Source: Bacilli bacterium
Lineage (GTDB): Bacteria > Bacillota_I > Bacilli_A > RF39 > UBA660
DNA length: 64,000 nucleotides
Assembly (NCBI GenBank): GCA_022795155.1
Contig: JAAWGF010000001.1
Span: 4,533 to 68,532, forward strand
Direction: 5' to 3'
Of this stretch, positions 38,223-47,372 are shown piece by piece (position 1 is the stretch's first letter; every line of letters starts with the position of its first letter). The notes beneath the pieces were generated by a model. That model searched no databases and was not told where the DNA came from. It saw nothing but the letters and a program-made list of their open reading frames with translations. The translations under genes and the position numbers were made by a program.

Positions 38223-38891
38223 ATGAGTAATTTTTATTTACCTATTTATAAAAAAGATTCTATAAAAAATAGCGTTAGTATTTATAATATGGAATATAAT
38301 AGTCAAGTTTTAAATGAATTCTTAGAATATGTTAGAAATTATTATCAAGAAAAGCATTTAACTAGCGAGGGTTTTAATACCAAAGCTTTTCCTATAAATC
38401 TCAAATATTTTGATATAACCAATTGTGACGCGTATGAGTATAAAATAAACCCTATGATTTATAATACTTTTTGCGATATAACAAAAGATGCATATTTAAA
38501 TCTACGCCCTTTGGGTTTATATATGAAAGTTAATTTTGGACAAAAAATGCCTAACAATTATACGAGTGATGAAAAAAATAACATTTTATTACAATTAAAA
38601 AAAGATGAAAATTTCGCTAAGAATATTCATATGTCAGCTAGAGATAAAATAAGCAATGAAATATATATGATTGAGCAAATAAATCTAAAGAGACAATTAA
38701 CTGTTTTAGAAAAGAATATGTTGATAAGTGAATTTGAACGTTTAGTAGTACAATTTTTTGATTTGTTTGAAATTGACCAAATAAATTATAAGCGTCATCA
38801 TAGTAAAAATTTTGACTATGAAACACCTATTATTAATAATAATATATTAGGACATGATGCTTTTCAGAAAGTTTATAAAAAGTTTTTCTAA
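38223..38891 (+). CDS. hypothetical protein
   Basis: 222-aa ORF with RBS GAGGTGG. I recognise no family. Confidence 0.6.
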   Translation: MSNFYLPIYKKDSIKNSVSIYNMEYNSQVLNEFLEYVRNYYQEKHLTSEGFNTKAFPINLKYFDITNCDAYEYKINPMIYNTFCDITKDAYLNLRPLGLYMKVNFGQKMPNNYTSDEKNNILLQLKKDENFAKNIHMSARDKISNEIYMIEQINLKRQLTVLEKNMLISEFERLVVQFFDLFEIDQINYKRHHSKNFDYETPIINNNILGHDAFQKVYKKFF

Positions 38892-38962
38892 AAATGTTTT
38901 AAAAGGTCGAAATTATCGACTTTTTTTAAGTATTAAGGTATAATTATTTAGGAGATGGTTTT

Positions 38963-39739
38963 ATGCATACACTTAAAATTGTTAATTTAACGGTTGAAGT
39001 TGAAGATAAAAAAATTTTGGATAATTTTTCTTTAACTATTAATAGTGGCGAAATACATGTTATTATGGGACCAAATGGTACAGGAAAGTCAACTTTGTCT
39101 AAGGTTATTATGGGTGACACACATTATCGAATTTTGGATGGCCAGATATTTTTTGACTACAAATTAATTAATGATTTGACAGTTGATGAGAGGGCTCGTT
39201 TGGGTTTGTTTTTGGGCATGCAGATGCCACTTGAAATTGATGGAGTAACTAATGCTGATTTTTTGCGAGCTGCTTTACATTCAAAAGAAGGTGATAGTTT
39301 TAAATTATATGGCTTCATAAAAAAATTAGATAAAACAGTTGAAAATTTAAAAATGAATAAGGATATGATTCATCGTGGTATAAATAAAGGCTTTTCTGGT
39401 GGGGAAAGAAAGAAAAATGAAATATTACAAATGTATATGCTAGAACCAAAAATAGTATTATTAGATGAAATCGATTCTGGTCTTGATGTTGATAGTTTAA
39501 AGGTTGTTGGAGAGAAAGTTATGGATTATTATGAAGAATTTAAGCCAGCAATTTTATTGATTACGCATTATCAACGATTATTAGATTATATCAAACCTAA
39601 TTATGTTCATATTATGAAGAATGGGTGTATTGTTAAGAGTGGAGATTTTAGCTTGGTTTCGCAAGTTGAAAGAAATGGTTATGATTTTTTTATAAATACT
39701 AGTGAAAATGTTATAGAGGATAATTCGCAATATGAATAA
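38963..39739 (+). CDS. sufC: Fe-S cluster assembly ATPase SufC
   Basis: Walker A GPNGTGKST, signature FSGGERKK, and Walker B LLDEIDSG. Confidence 0.9.
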   Translation: MHTLKIVNLTVEVEDKKILDNFSLTINSGEIHVIMGPNGTGKSTLSKVIMGDTHYRILDGQIFFDYKLINDLTVDERARLGLFLGMQMPLEIDGVTNADFLRAALHSKEGDSFKLYGFIKKLDKTVENLKMNKDMIHRGINKGFSGGERKKNEILQMYMLEPKIVLLDEIDSGLDVDSLKVVGEKVMDYYEEFKPAILLITHYQRLLDYIKPNYVHIMKNGCIVKSGDFSLVSQVERNGYDFFINTSENVIEDNSQYE

Positions 39740-40535
39740 AATAGTTATTGAAAATAGTTTAATAAAAGATAAAACAATTGATGATACTATTAAGATTAAT
39801 TACTCTGTTAATGATACTTTTTTGGCTGTTAATAATTTAGAAATATTTTGCTTAAAAGATACTGGTATATGTATATATTACACAAACGATAACGATATAA
39901 AATTTAATGTAGTTATAAATTGTTTAGAAAGTGTTAATGTCAATCTTTTTGAATTTTATAGTAATGGTATTCTGAAAATAAGGAATACATATAATTTGAG
40001 TAGATCAAGTAATCTAACAATTCAAAAATTTTATGACATTAAGGAAATTAATCAATTTGATATTATTAATATGAATGGTGAGTATTCTAGTATAAATTAT
40101 ATTTTAAAAACTGTTAGTAAAAATAGTGAGAAATATAATTTATTAATTAATCATAATGCTAAAAATACATCTAGTAATGTTATTAATAATGCTGTTAATA
40201 TAAATAATGGAAAAATAATTTTTGATGTTACAGGATTAGTACCAAAAACTATGTCTGGTTCTACACTTAATCAAAATAATAGAATTGTATCTTTTAATCA
40301 AAATAAATGTCAAATTAATCCTAATTTGTTAATTGATGAAGATGACGTTAGTGCTAATCATTCTGCGTTTGTTGGCCAATTTAGTTACAAAGAATTGTTT
40401 TATTTACAAAGTAGGGGAATAAGGTATGATGATGCTTTAAAGTTGCTAATAAGAGGATTTTTATTTAATAATTTAATGCTTAATGATGATGCTACTAATA
40501 GTTTAGAATTGATAATAAAAAAATACTGGGGGTGA
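39732..40535 (+). CDS. short SufB/SufD-family Fe-S scaffold protein
   Basis: Only 267 aa. The C-terminal ANHSAFVGQFSYKELFYLQSRGIRYDDALKLLIRGF is typical of the SufB/D beta-helix end. Confidence 0.75.
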   Translation: MNKIVIENSLIKDKTIDDTIKINYSVNDTFLAVNNLEIFCLKDTGICIYYTNDNDIKFNVVINCLESVNVNLFEFYSNGILKIRNTYNLSRSSNLTIQKFYDIKEINQFDIINMNGEYSSINYILKTVSKNSEKYNLLINHNAKNTSSNVINNAVNINNGKIIFDVTGLVPKTMSGSTLNQNNRIVSFNQNKCQINPNLLIDEDDVSANHSAFVGQFSYKELFYLQSRGIRYDDALKLLIRGFLFNNLMLNDDATNSLELIIKKYWG

Positions 40536-40539
40536 GTAG

Positions 40540-41736
40540 ATGAATCGTGATGATTTTCCAATGTTAAAACAGGATATCATTTATTTTGATAATGGGGCCA
40601 CAACATTTAAACCTTATAGTGTTATTCAAAAATTGTGTGATTATTATACTAATTATAGCTGTAATGCTCATCGTGGTGATTATAGATTTAGTTTAAAAGT
40701 TGATGAAGAATTTGAAAATACAAGGACTTTAGTTAAAAATTTTATTAATGCTAAAAGCAATCGAGAAATAATATTTACTAGTGGGGCAACAGATGCTTTA
40801 AATAAGATTATTTTTGGCTATTTTAAAAATTATTTATCGTCTGGTGATGAAGTGTTGTTAACAAAAGCTGAACATGCTTCTAATATTTTGCCATGGTTTG
40901 AATTAGCAGAAGAAAAAAATCTTATTATTAATTATATCCCATTAAATCATAATTTTACTTTTGACTTAGAAGATGTAAAGAAAAGTGTTACAGATAAAAC
41001 AAAGGTTATCAGTATTGCTCATGTTACTAATGTAGTTGGTGATATACGTGATATTGAAAAAATTATTGAATTTGCGCATAGTAAAAATATTTTAGTAATT
41101 ATTGATGGTGCTCAGAGTGTACCTCATATAAAAGTTGATGTTCAGAATTTAGATATTGATTTTTTAGCTTTTTCGGCTCATAAAATGTGTGGACCTACTG
41201 GAGTTGGTGTTCTATATGGTAAAGAGGAGCTTTTAAATAATATAAGGCCAATTGAATATGGTGGAGGAATGAATGCTATGTTTTCTTATGATGGTGTTAG
41301 ACAGTATAGTAATCTTCCAACATTATTGGAGGCTGGAACGCCTAATATTGCTGATATTATAGCGTTTTCTGAAACTATAAAGTATTTGAATAATATTGGT
41401 TTAGATAAAATTCATGAATATGAGTGCGAATTAAAAAGATATGCGATTGAGAAATTAGAACAAGTTAATGATATTATAATTTATAATGAATTTGCTGAAA
41501 GTGGTATTATTACTTTTAATATGAAAGATATTTTTGCTCAAGATTTGGCTATTTATTTAGATAAGTATAATATTTGTGTTAGAGCTGGTAATCATTGTGC
41601 TAAAATTTTAAAAGATGAATTAAAAATAAAAAATACTTGTCGTATTAGTTTATATTTTTATAACACAAAGGAAGAGATTGATTACTTAGTAAGTATTTTA
41701 AGTAATCCTAATTTAAAAAATGAAATTATTTTATAG
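40540..41736 (+). CDS. sufS: cysteine desulfurase SufS (class-V aminotransferase)
   Basis: FSAHKMCGPTGVG PLP lysine, RAGNHCA catalytic Cys, and suf-operon context. Confidence 0.9.
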   Translation: MNRDDFPMLKQDIIYFDNGATTFKPYSVIQKLCDYYTNYSCNAHRGDYRFSLKVDEEFENTRTLVKNFINAKSNREIIFTSGATDALNKIIFGYFKNYLSSGDEVLLTKAEHASNILPWFELAEEKNLIINYIPLNHNFTFDLEDVKKSVTDKTKVISIAHVTNVVGDIRDIEKIIEFAHSKNILVIIDGAQSVPHIKVDVQNLDIDFLAFSAHKMCGPTGVGVLYGKEELLNNIRPIEYGGGMNAMFSYDGVRQYSNLPTLLEAGTPNIADIIAFSETIKYLNNIGLDKIHEYECELKRYAIEKLEQVNDIIIYNEFAESGIITFNMKDIFAQDLAIYLDKYNICVRAGNHCAKILKDELKIKNTCRISLYFYNTKEEIDYLVSILSNPNLKNEIIL

Positions 41737-41874
41737 TTTATTAAGTATAGACTAATTAATTAATTTTTGATATAATTAATTAGTCTTTTTATTATTTTAT
41801 TTATGTTTTATAAATAATTGAATTAATATTTAATTATAGAATAAATTTTAGTTATTTTAAAGAAAGGAGTTTTT

Positions 41875-43521
41875 ATGAGTAAAATAAAAATATTTAGTTT
41901 AGGTGGCTTAAACGAAATTGGAAAAAATATGTATATTGTTGAAGTAGATAGAGATATTTTTGTATTTGATGCGGGATTAAAATTTGCGGATGATAAAATG
42001 CTTGGTGTTGATTATATTATACCTAATTATGATTATTTGAAAGAGAATATAAAAAGAGTAAAGGGTGTTTTTATTACACATGGTCATGATCAGCAGTTGG
42101 GAGCTCTCTCGGATATTTTGGCGGATTTACCAGATTTAAAAATATATGGGTGTGCTTTTACAATTGATATTTTAAGAAAGCAACTATTTAACGAAGGAAT
42201 TAAAAAAGCCAATTTAATTGAAATTATGCCACACAAGAAAATTAATTTTGGCGTTAATAGTATTTTTCCTGTAAGCTTAACTCATTCTGTTCCTGATACA
42301 GTTGGTTATGTATTATATACACTAGATGGTGCGATTTTCTATACTGGAAATTTTGTTTTTGATCCAACTACAATTGGTAATTATAAAACAGATATAGGTA
42401 AATTAGCTTATGTTGGGAAACAAGGTGTTTTATGTTTAATGAGTGAATCATTGTATGCTGACAAGTCAGGATTTACATCGCCAAATCATCGTGCTTCATC
42501 TATTCTTAGAGAGACACTTAGTAAACATCCAGGGCGTATTTTATTTAACGTATTTGAAACACAAATATATCGCTTGCAAGAACTATTTAATGAAATTCGT
42601 TTAACTGACCGTAGAGTAGTTATTCTTGGTAAGAGGTTAGAAGAAATTGTTATAGAATCAATTGATAAGAAATATATTGATTTTGATAAGTCACGAATTA
42701 GTAATATTCATCATATTAATGATAATAATATTATTGTTATTGTTTCGGATGAACGAGAAAAGCCTTTTTCAAATTTGACAAGAATTGTTAAAGGATATGA
42801 TAAATTTATTAAAATTAATGAAAATGATACAGTTGTATTTATTTCGCCTGTTTATGATGGCATGGAAATAAGGGCCACTAAATTATTTAATGGTATTGCC
42901 AAAATTGGTGCTTCTTTAGTTATTTTATCAAATAAAAAATATTTGGGACATCACGCTTCAGCCGAGGATTTAATGTTAATGTTGGATTTAATAAAACCTA
43001 AATATTATTTCCCTGTTATTGGTGAATATCGTCATCAAGTGGAAAATGCTAATAATGCTAAAAGACTAGGACTAAGGCAAGAAAATATTTTGTTAAAACT
43101 TAATGGACAAGTTGCAACTTTTGTTGATGGTAATCTTTTAGATACAAATGAAACTATAAAAGTAGATGATATTTTAATTGATGGTAAAACAGTTGGAGAT
43201 ATTGGTGAATTAGTTTTAAAAGATCGTGAAGCGTTATGTGATAATGGTATTGTTATTGTGAGCGCTAGTTTAGATAGGGCAACCAAAAAGGTTTTAGCTG
43301 GTCCAGAAATTTTAACAAGGGGATTTATATATGTTAAGGATAATGTAGATTTAATTAAAGAAGCTGAAAAAATAGCTTTGGAAGTAATAAATGAAAACAT
43401 TACTCCAAATCATGTTGAATTTAATAAAATTAAAAATGGTGTTAGAGATAAATTAGGTAAATATTTATATCAAGAAACAGAATGTAAACCAATGATTTTG
43501 ATTGTTATACAAGAGGTTTAG
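41875..43521 (+). CDS. ribonuclease J family protein with a degenerate metallo-beta-lactamase motif II (J2-like)
   Basis: GGLNEIGKNMYIVEV...ITHGHDQQLGAL. The canonical motif is HGHEDH. Full beta-CASP and C-terminal domain length (548 aa). Confidence 0.85.
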   Translation: MSKIKIFSLGGLNEIGKNMYIVEVDRDIFVFDAGLKFADDKMLGVDYIIPNYDYLKENIKRVKGVFITHGHDQQLGALSDILADLPDLKIYGCAFTIDILRKQLFNEGIKKANLIEIMPHKKINFGVNSIFPVSLTHSVPDTVGYVLYTLDGAIFYTGNFVFDPTTIGNYKTDIGKLAYVGKQGVLCLMSESLYADKSGFTSPNHRASSILRETLSKHPGRILFNVFETQIYRLQELFNEIRLTDRRVVILGKRLEEIVIESIDKKYIDFDKSRISNIHHINDNNIIVIVSDEREKPFSNLTRIVKGYDKFIKINENDTVVFISPVYDGMEIRATKLFNGIAKIGASLVILSNKKYLGHHASAEDLMLMLDLIKPKYYFPVIGEYRHQVENANNAKRLGLRQENILLKLNGQVATFVDGNLLDTNETIKVDDILIDGKTVGDIGELVLKDREALCDNGIVIVSASLDRATKKVLAGPEILTRGFIYVKDNVDLIKEAEKIALEVINENITPNHVEFNKIKNGVRDKLGKYLYQETECKPMILIVIQEV

Positions 43522-43526
43522 AAACG

Positions 43527-43556
43527 AAAAAAGAATGAGGAATTTCATTCTTTTTT
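43527..43556. terminator. bidirectional terminator between rnj and lexA
   Basis: AAAAAAGAATGA / TCATTCTTTTTT stem with a 6-nt loop. Confidence 0.7.
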
Positions 43557-44172
43557 ATATTTTACGATATAAACCAATAGCTTTACCTAAAATGGTTACA
43601 TTTTGTAAAATAATTGGTTCCATAGTATCATTTTCTGGTTGAAGGCGAAAGTGATTTTGTTCTTTATAGAACGTTTTAAGTGTTACTTCATTATCATCAG
43701 TCATTGCAACTACGATTTCACCATTTCTAGCTGTATTCTTTCTTTCTACAATTACAATATCACCATCAAGAATTCCGGCATTAATCATACTAGTTCCATT
43801 TACTAATAAGGTAAAAACCTCTTTGTTATTTGGTATTAAGTAAGAAGGTAAAGAAAAGAATTCATCAGGTCTTTCAATTGCTTCAATTGGATTACCAGCT
43901 GTAATTTTACCTAGTAATGGAACATCAATGACTAATTCATTTTGTGGTTCGTATTCATTTTTTACTAAGAGTTCAATTGCGCGATTTTTTGTATCATTTC
44001 TTTTAATGACACCTCTAGTTTCAAGATTTTTTAAGTGGGCATGAATTGTAGCAGGCGAAGAAATTCCTAGCGCTTCTCCAATTTCTCTAATAGTTGGTGG
44101 AAAACCATGTTTTACCATAAAAGTTTTTATAAAATCAAGAATCTCTTCTTGCCTTTTTGTAAGTTCTATCAT
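43555..44172 (-). CDS. lexA: LexA repressor
   Basis: Winged-HTH N-terminus (LTKRQEEILDFI). Cleavage and catalytic elements (AGNP..., GTSM, and K in VTLKTF). 205 aa. Confidence 0.95.
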   Translation of the reverse strand: MIELTKRQEEILDFIKTFMVKHGFPPTIREIGEALGISSPATIHAHLKNLETRGVIKRNDTKNRAIELLVKNEYEPQNELVIDVPLLGKITAGNPIEAIERPDEFFSLPSYLIPNNKEVFTLLVNGTSMINAGILDGDIVIVERKNTARNGEIVVAMTDDNEVTLKTFYKEQNHFRLQPENDTMEPIILQNVTILGKAIGLYRKI

Positions 44173-44224
44173 AATAAACCTCCTTTATTACTAAATTAAT
44201 AATAACATATGTTTTGTAAAATGT

Positions 44225-44238
44225 CAAACAATTGTTCG
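44225..44238 (-). promoter_or_regulatory. LexA box (CGAACAATTGTTTG on the minus strand) overlapping the lexA -35
   Basis: The box runs into the minus-strand TTGACA (reverse complement of 44222-44227). The -10 TATTAT is the reverse complement of 44199-44204, with 17-nt spacing. Confidence 0.75.
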
Positions 44239-44256
44239 TAATTTTTTTTAAAACCA

Positions 44257-44285
44257 TTGACACGAACGAATGTTTGTGGTATCAT
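44257..44285 (+). promoter_or_regulatory. SOS-controlled promoter TTGACA-17-TATCAT, whose spacer contains the LexA box CGAACGAATGTTTG (44263-44276)
   Basis: Exact TTGACA at 44257-44262 and TATCAT at 44280-44285. The Cheo-type box sits between them. Confidence 0.7.
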
Positions 44286-44313
44286 AACTTTAGTGATTAG
44301 AGGAGGTAATAAA

Positions 44314-44460
44314 ATGATTGATATATTAAAAAGTAAAGGAATTATTTGTTTTTTTCTATTTATTATTGTTATGGGAGTTCTTTCATCTAATAGTTTAAAT
44401 TATATGAATGATAATAGAACAAATGATAGTATTGTTGTAATGGTAGATGCAATAGAATAA
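44314..44460 (+). CDS. small (48 aa) single-pass membrane protein divergent from lexA; candidate SOS cell-division inhibitor (YneA/SosA analogue)
   Basis: AGGAGG at 44301-44306, 7 nt before the ATG. MIDILKSKGIICFFLFIIVMGVLSS is a TM segment followed by a polar tail. The track ORF start at 44257 lies in the promoter. Confidence 0.55.
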   Translation: MIDILKSKGIICFFLFIIVMGVLSSNSLNYMNDNRTNDSIVVMVDAIE

Positions 44461-44553
44461 TACTGCCTAAAGATTATATTTTTTTAATTTGTTGTTTAAT
44501 ATTTTTAATAATTTTGTTATAATATATTTATCATATAGAATAGAGGGGTATGT

Positions 44554-46545
44554 GTGGATAGAGAAATTATTAATAATATTAAGTCGTTAGCAATAGATAT
44601 GATTAGTCATGCTGGTAGTGGGCATCCAGGTATTTCGTTAGGTGCTGCCCCTATTATGTATACTTTATATTCTCGCCATATGAATATTAGTATTAATGAC
44701 ACTAATTGGATCAGTCGCGATCGGTTTGTTTTATCAGCTGGCCATGGTTCAGCACTTTTATATGCAACGCTTTTTATGGCTGGATTAGATTTAAAAATTA
44801 ATGATTTAAAGAATTTTAGACGTGCTAATTCTAAAACACCAGGGCATCCTGAATTTAAAACGACTCCAGGAGTTGATATGTCGACTGGGCCTTTAGGTCA
44901 AGGTTTAGCTTCGGCTGTTGGCATGGCCTTATCACAAAAGATGTTAAAAAAAAGATATTATTTCCCCAAAAAAAGTGTTATTGAAGTAGAAACAGCTTTA
45001 TTAGATTATAATGTTTATGTATTATGCGGTGATGGAGACTTAATGGAGGGCATTAGTTATGAGGCTGCCTCTTTTGCTGGTGCTTATCATTTGGATAACT
45101 TAATTGTTCTTTATGATTCTAATGGTGTTAGCTTAGATGGTAATACTAATGGCGTTTTTATAGATAATATGGCAGATCGTTTTAAGTCAATTGGCTGGAA
45201 TTACGAATTTGTAAAGAATGGTGATAATGTATCGGATATAGATCGTGCTATTAAAAAGGCTAAAAATTCATCAAAACCAACTTTAATTGAGATTAGAACT
45301 ATTATTGGGAATGGTTTAGTAGGACAAGGTACTTCAGAAGTTCATGGAAATGTTCCGAAGAATGATGCTATTTTTAATTTGAAAAAGACATTAGGAACAT
45401 CTGATAAGGAAGTATTTTACTATTCAGAAGCAGCTAAAAAGGAATTTACAAAAATGGTTTCTGAACGAGGAAGTCAGAAATATACTTTATGGTCTAATAA
45501 TTATCGAATTTATATTGACAAATTTTTAGGTGGGGAAAGTGCTCCTCTAAATTATCTATTTAATAATAATATAAATTTAAACTTAGTTGATGTCGATTGG
45601 CGTTTTGAGCATGATTTAAAAGAAGCAACACGTATGACTAATCAAAAGATAATGGACGAAATTTCTAAAATGTTGCCTAATTTTGTTGGTGGTAGTGCTG
45701 ATTTGGCTAATTCAACAAAAACGCAATTATTATCGCAATCTAATGTGACGTTTGAAAATTATGATGGTAAAAACATTGCTTTTGGGGTTCGTGAACATGC
45801 GATGGGTGGTATTATTAATGGTATGTCTTTATGTGGATTTAGACCATTTTGTTCTACTATGTTAGCTTTCTCTGATTATTTAAAACCATCTATTAGAATG
45901 TCAGCTTTAATGGGATTGCCAGTTGTGTATATTTTTTCACATGATTCAATTGGTATCGGGCCTGATGGGCCAACACATCAGCCTGTTGAACAATTAAATA
46001 TGCTTAGGGCTATGCCAAATTTGCGAGTATATCGTCCTGCTGATGCTCATGAATTGATTGGTTCATGGAATTGTATTTTAAATGATAGTAAACATCCTAG
46101 TGCATTGATTTTGTCAAAACAAGATGTGTTGTTATTACCAACAACTAATCCTCAATTAGTTAATCGTGGGGCTTATATTATCAGAAAAGAAAAGGAAAAA
46201 TTGGATGGGATTATAATAGCGACTGGTTCAGATTTATTTACAGCTATTAATTTGGCTAGAGATTTTTTTGTTAATAAAAAAGTTGATCTTAGAATTGTTA
46301 GTATGCCTGAAATGTCATTATTTTTAGAACAGCCTAAAGATTATCAAGAAGATATTTTGCCTAAGGGCATTAAAATATTTACCATTGAAGCTAGTAGTAG
46401 TTTGGGTTGGGATAGATTTGCTACTTCAAGTGATTATATCTTTTCGGTTAATAGTTTTGGTATTAGTGGTACTCGTGATGAAGTTAATAAGGCATGCGGA
46501 TTTGACTATACAGTGATTAAGCAAAGAATGGAAACACTTTTATAA
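44554..46545 (+). CDS. tkt: transketolase
   Basis: GSGHPG, GDGDLMEG (ThDP motif), and 663 aa. Confidence 0.95.
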   Translation: MDREIINNIKSLAIDMISHAGSGHPGISLGAAPIMYTLYSRHMNISINDTNWISRDRFVLSAGHGSALLYATLFMAGLDLKINDLKNFRRANSKTPGHPEFKTTPGVDMSTGPLGQGLASAVGMALSQKMLKKRYYFPKKSVIEVETALLDYNVYVLCGDGDLMEGISYEAASFAGAYHLDNLIVLYDSNGVSLDGNTNGVFIDNMADRFKSIGWNYEFVKNGDNVSDIDRAIKKAKNSSKPTLIEIRTIIGNGLVGQGTSEVHGNVPKNDAIFNLKKTLGTSDKEVFYYSEAAKKEFTKMVSERGSQKYTLWSNNYRIYIDKFLGGESAPLNYLFNNNINLNLVDVDWRFEHDLKEATRMTNQKIMDEISKMLPNFVGGSADLANSTKTQLLSQSNVTFENYDGKNIAFGVREHAMGGIINGMSLCGFRPFCSTMLAFSDYLKPSIRMSALMGLPVVYIFSHDSIGIGPDGPTHQPVEQLNMLRAMPNLRVYRPADAHELIGSWNCILNDSKHPSALILSKQDVLLLPTTNPQLVNRGAYIIRKEKEKLDGIIIATGSDLFTAINLARDFFVNKKVDLRIVSMPEMSLFLEQPKDYQEDILPKGIKIFTIEASSSLGWDRFATSSDYIFSVNSFGISGTRDEVNKACGFDYTVIKQRMETLL

Positions 46546-46602
46546 GTGTTTTTTTCTACAATTTTTTTATATTTAATTATTTATAATATAGTTGGTGATA
46601 TT

Positions 46603-47043
46603 ATGCGTAAGTATTATTTATTTATAATTAGGAATGACTTTTGTGAGGTATATAAAAATAATGCTCATACTTTATATGTTACATTAGATAATATTTATAA
46701 ATTAAAAAATAGAAATTTTGGTTATGGGATTTCTATATATAATCAATTATGTCAAGTTTTTAATACTGATGTTATTGATAATTATTTAAGTAATAAAAGT
46801 AATAAATATATAAAAAAATATCATAATAAATTTTTTATTAATGATGTGTATGCTAAACAAAGGACTTGTATTCAAATTAATCATTCATGTATTGTTATAA
46901 AAACAAATAGTAATATTCCTTATGCTTTACGAATTTTTAAATGGTATAGTAATAATATATTTGTATGTGATTTTGCTAATAATGATTATTTTTGGTTAAA
47001 TGATTATATAGTTCATCTTCCTAAACATGAATATTGTTTGTAA
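46603..47043 (+). CDS. SirA/YneE-like protein (sporulation inhibitor of replication family), tentative
   Basis: About 146 aa. MRKYYLFIIRNDF... start and ...FVCDFANNDYFWLND end resemble B. subtilis SirA. It occupies the same position between tkt and yneF. Confidence 0.45.
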   Translation: MRKYYLFIIRNDFCEVYKNNAHTLYVTLDNIYKLKNRNFGYGISIYNQLCQVFNTDVIDNYLSNKSNKYIKKYHNKFFINDVYAKQRTCIQINHSCIVIKTNSNIPYALRIFKWYSNNIFVCDFANNDYFWLNDYIVHLPKHEYCL

Positions 47044-47111
47044 AAAGTTAATATATTTAAATAGGACTTGTAAAAAAAGAATAATTTTAGTAAAATGTTT
47101 ATAGGAAGGAT

Positions 47112-47348
47112 ATGATTGAAATGGATTGGGGACAATTTTTTATAGATTTGCTTAAATTTCTTGGTGGTTTATTAGCTGGTGGTGTTATAGGATTTTTCTT
47201 GGCTCGTCATTATATGAAAAAATATATGAAAAAGAATCCACCTATAAATGAACAAATGATTAAAGCAATGATGACACAAATGGGTAGAACACCAAGTCAA
47301 AAACAAGTTAATCAAATGATGAAATCAATGACTAAGTATATGGACTAG
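47112..47348 (+). CDS. UPF0154 / YneF-family small membrane protein
   Basis: A TM segment followed by ARHYMKKYMKKNPPINEQMIKAMMTQMGRTPSQKQVNQMMKSM, the family signature. Confidence 0.85.
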   Translation: MIEMDWGQFFIDLLKFLGGLLAGGVIGFFLARHYMKKYMKKNPPINEQMIKAMMTQMGRTPSQKQVNQMMKSMTKYMD

Positions 47349-47372
47349 TCATTTTTTTTGAAAGGAGAAAAT

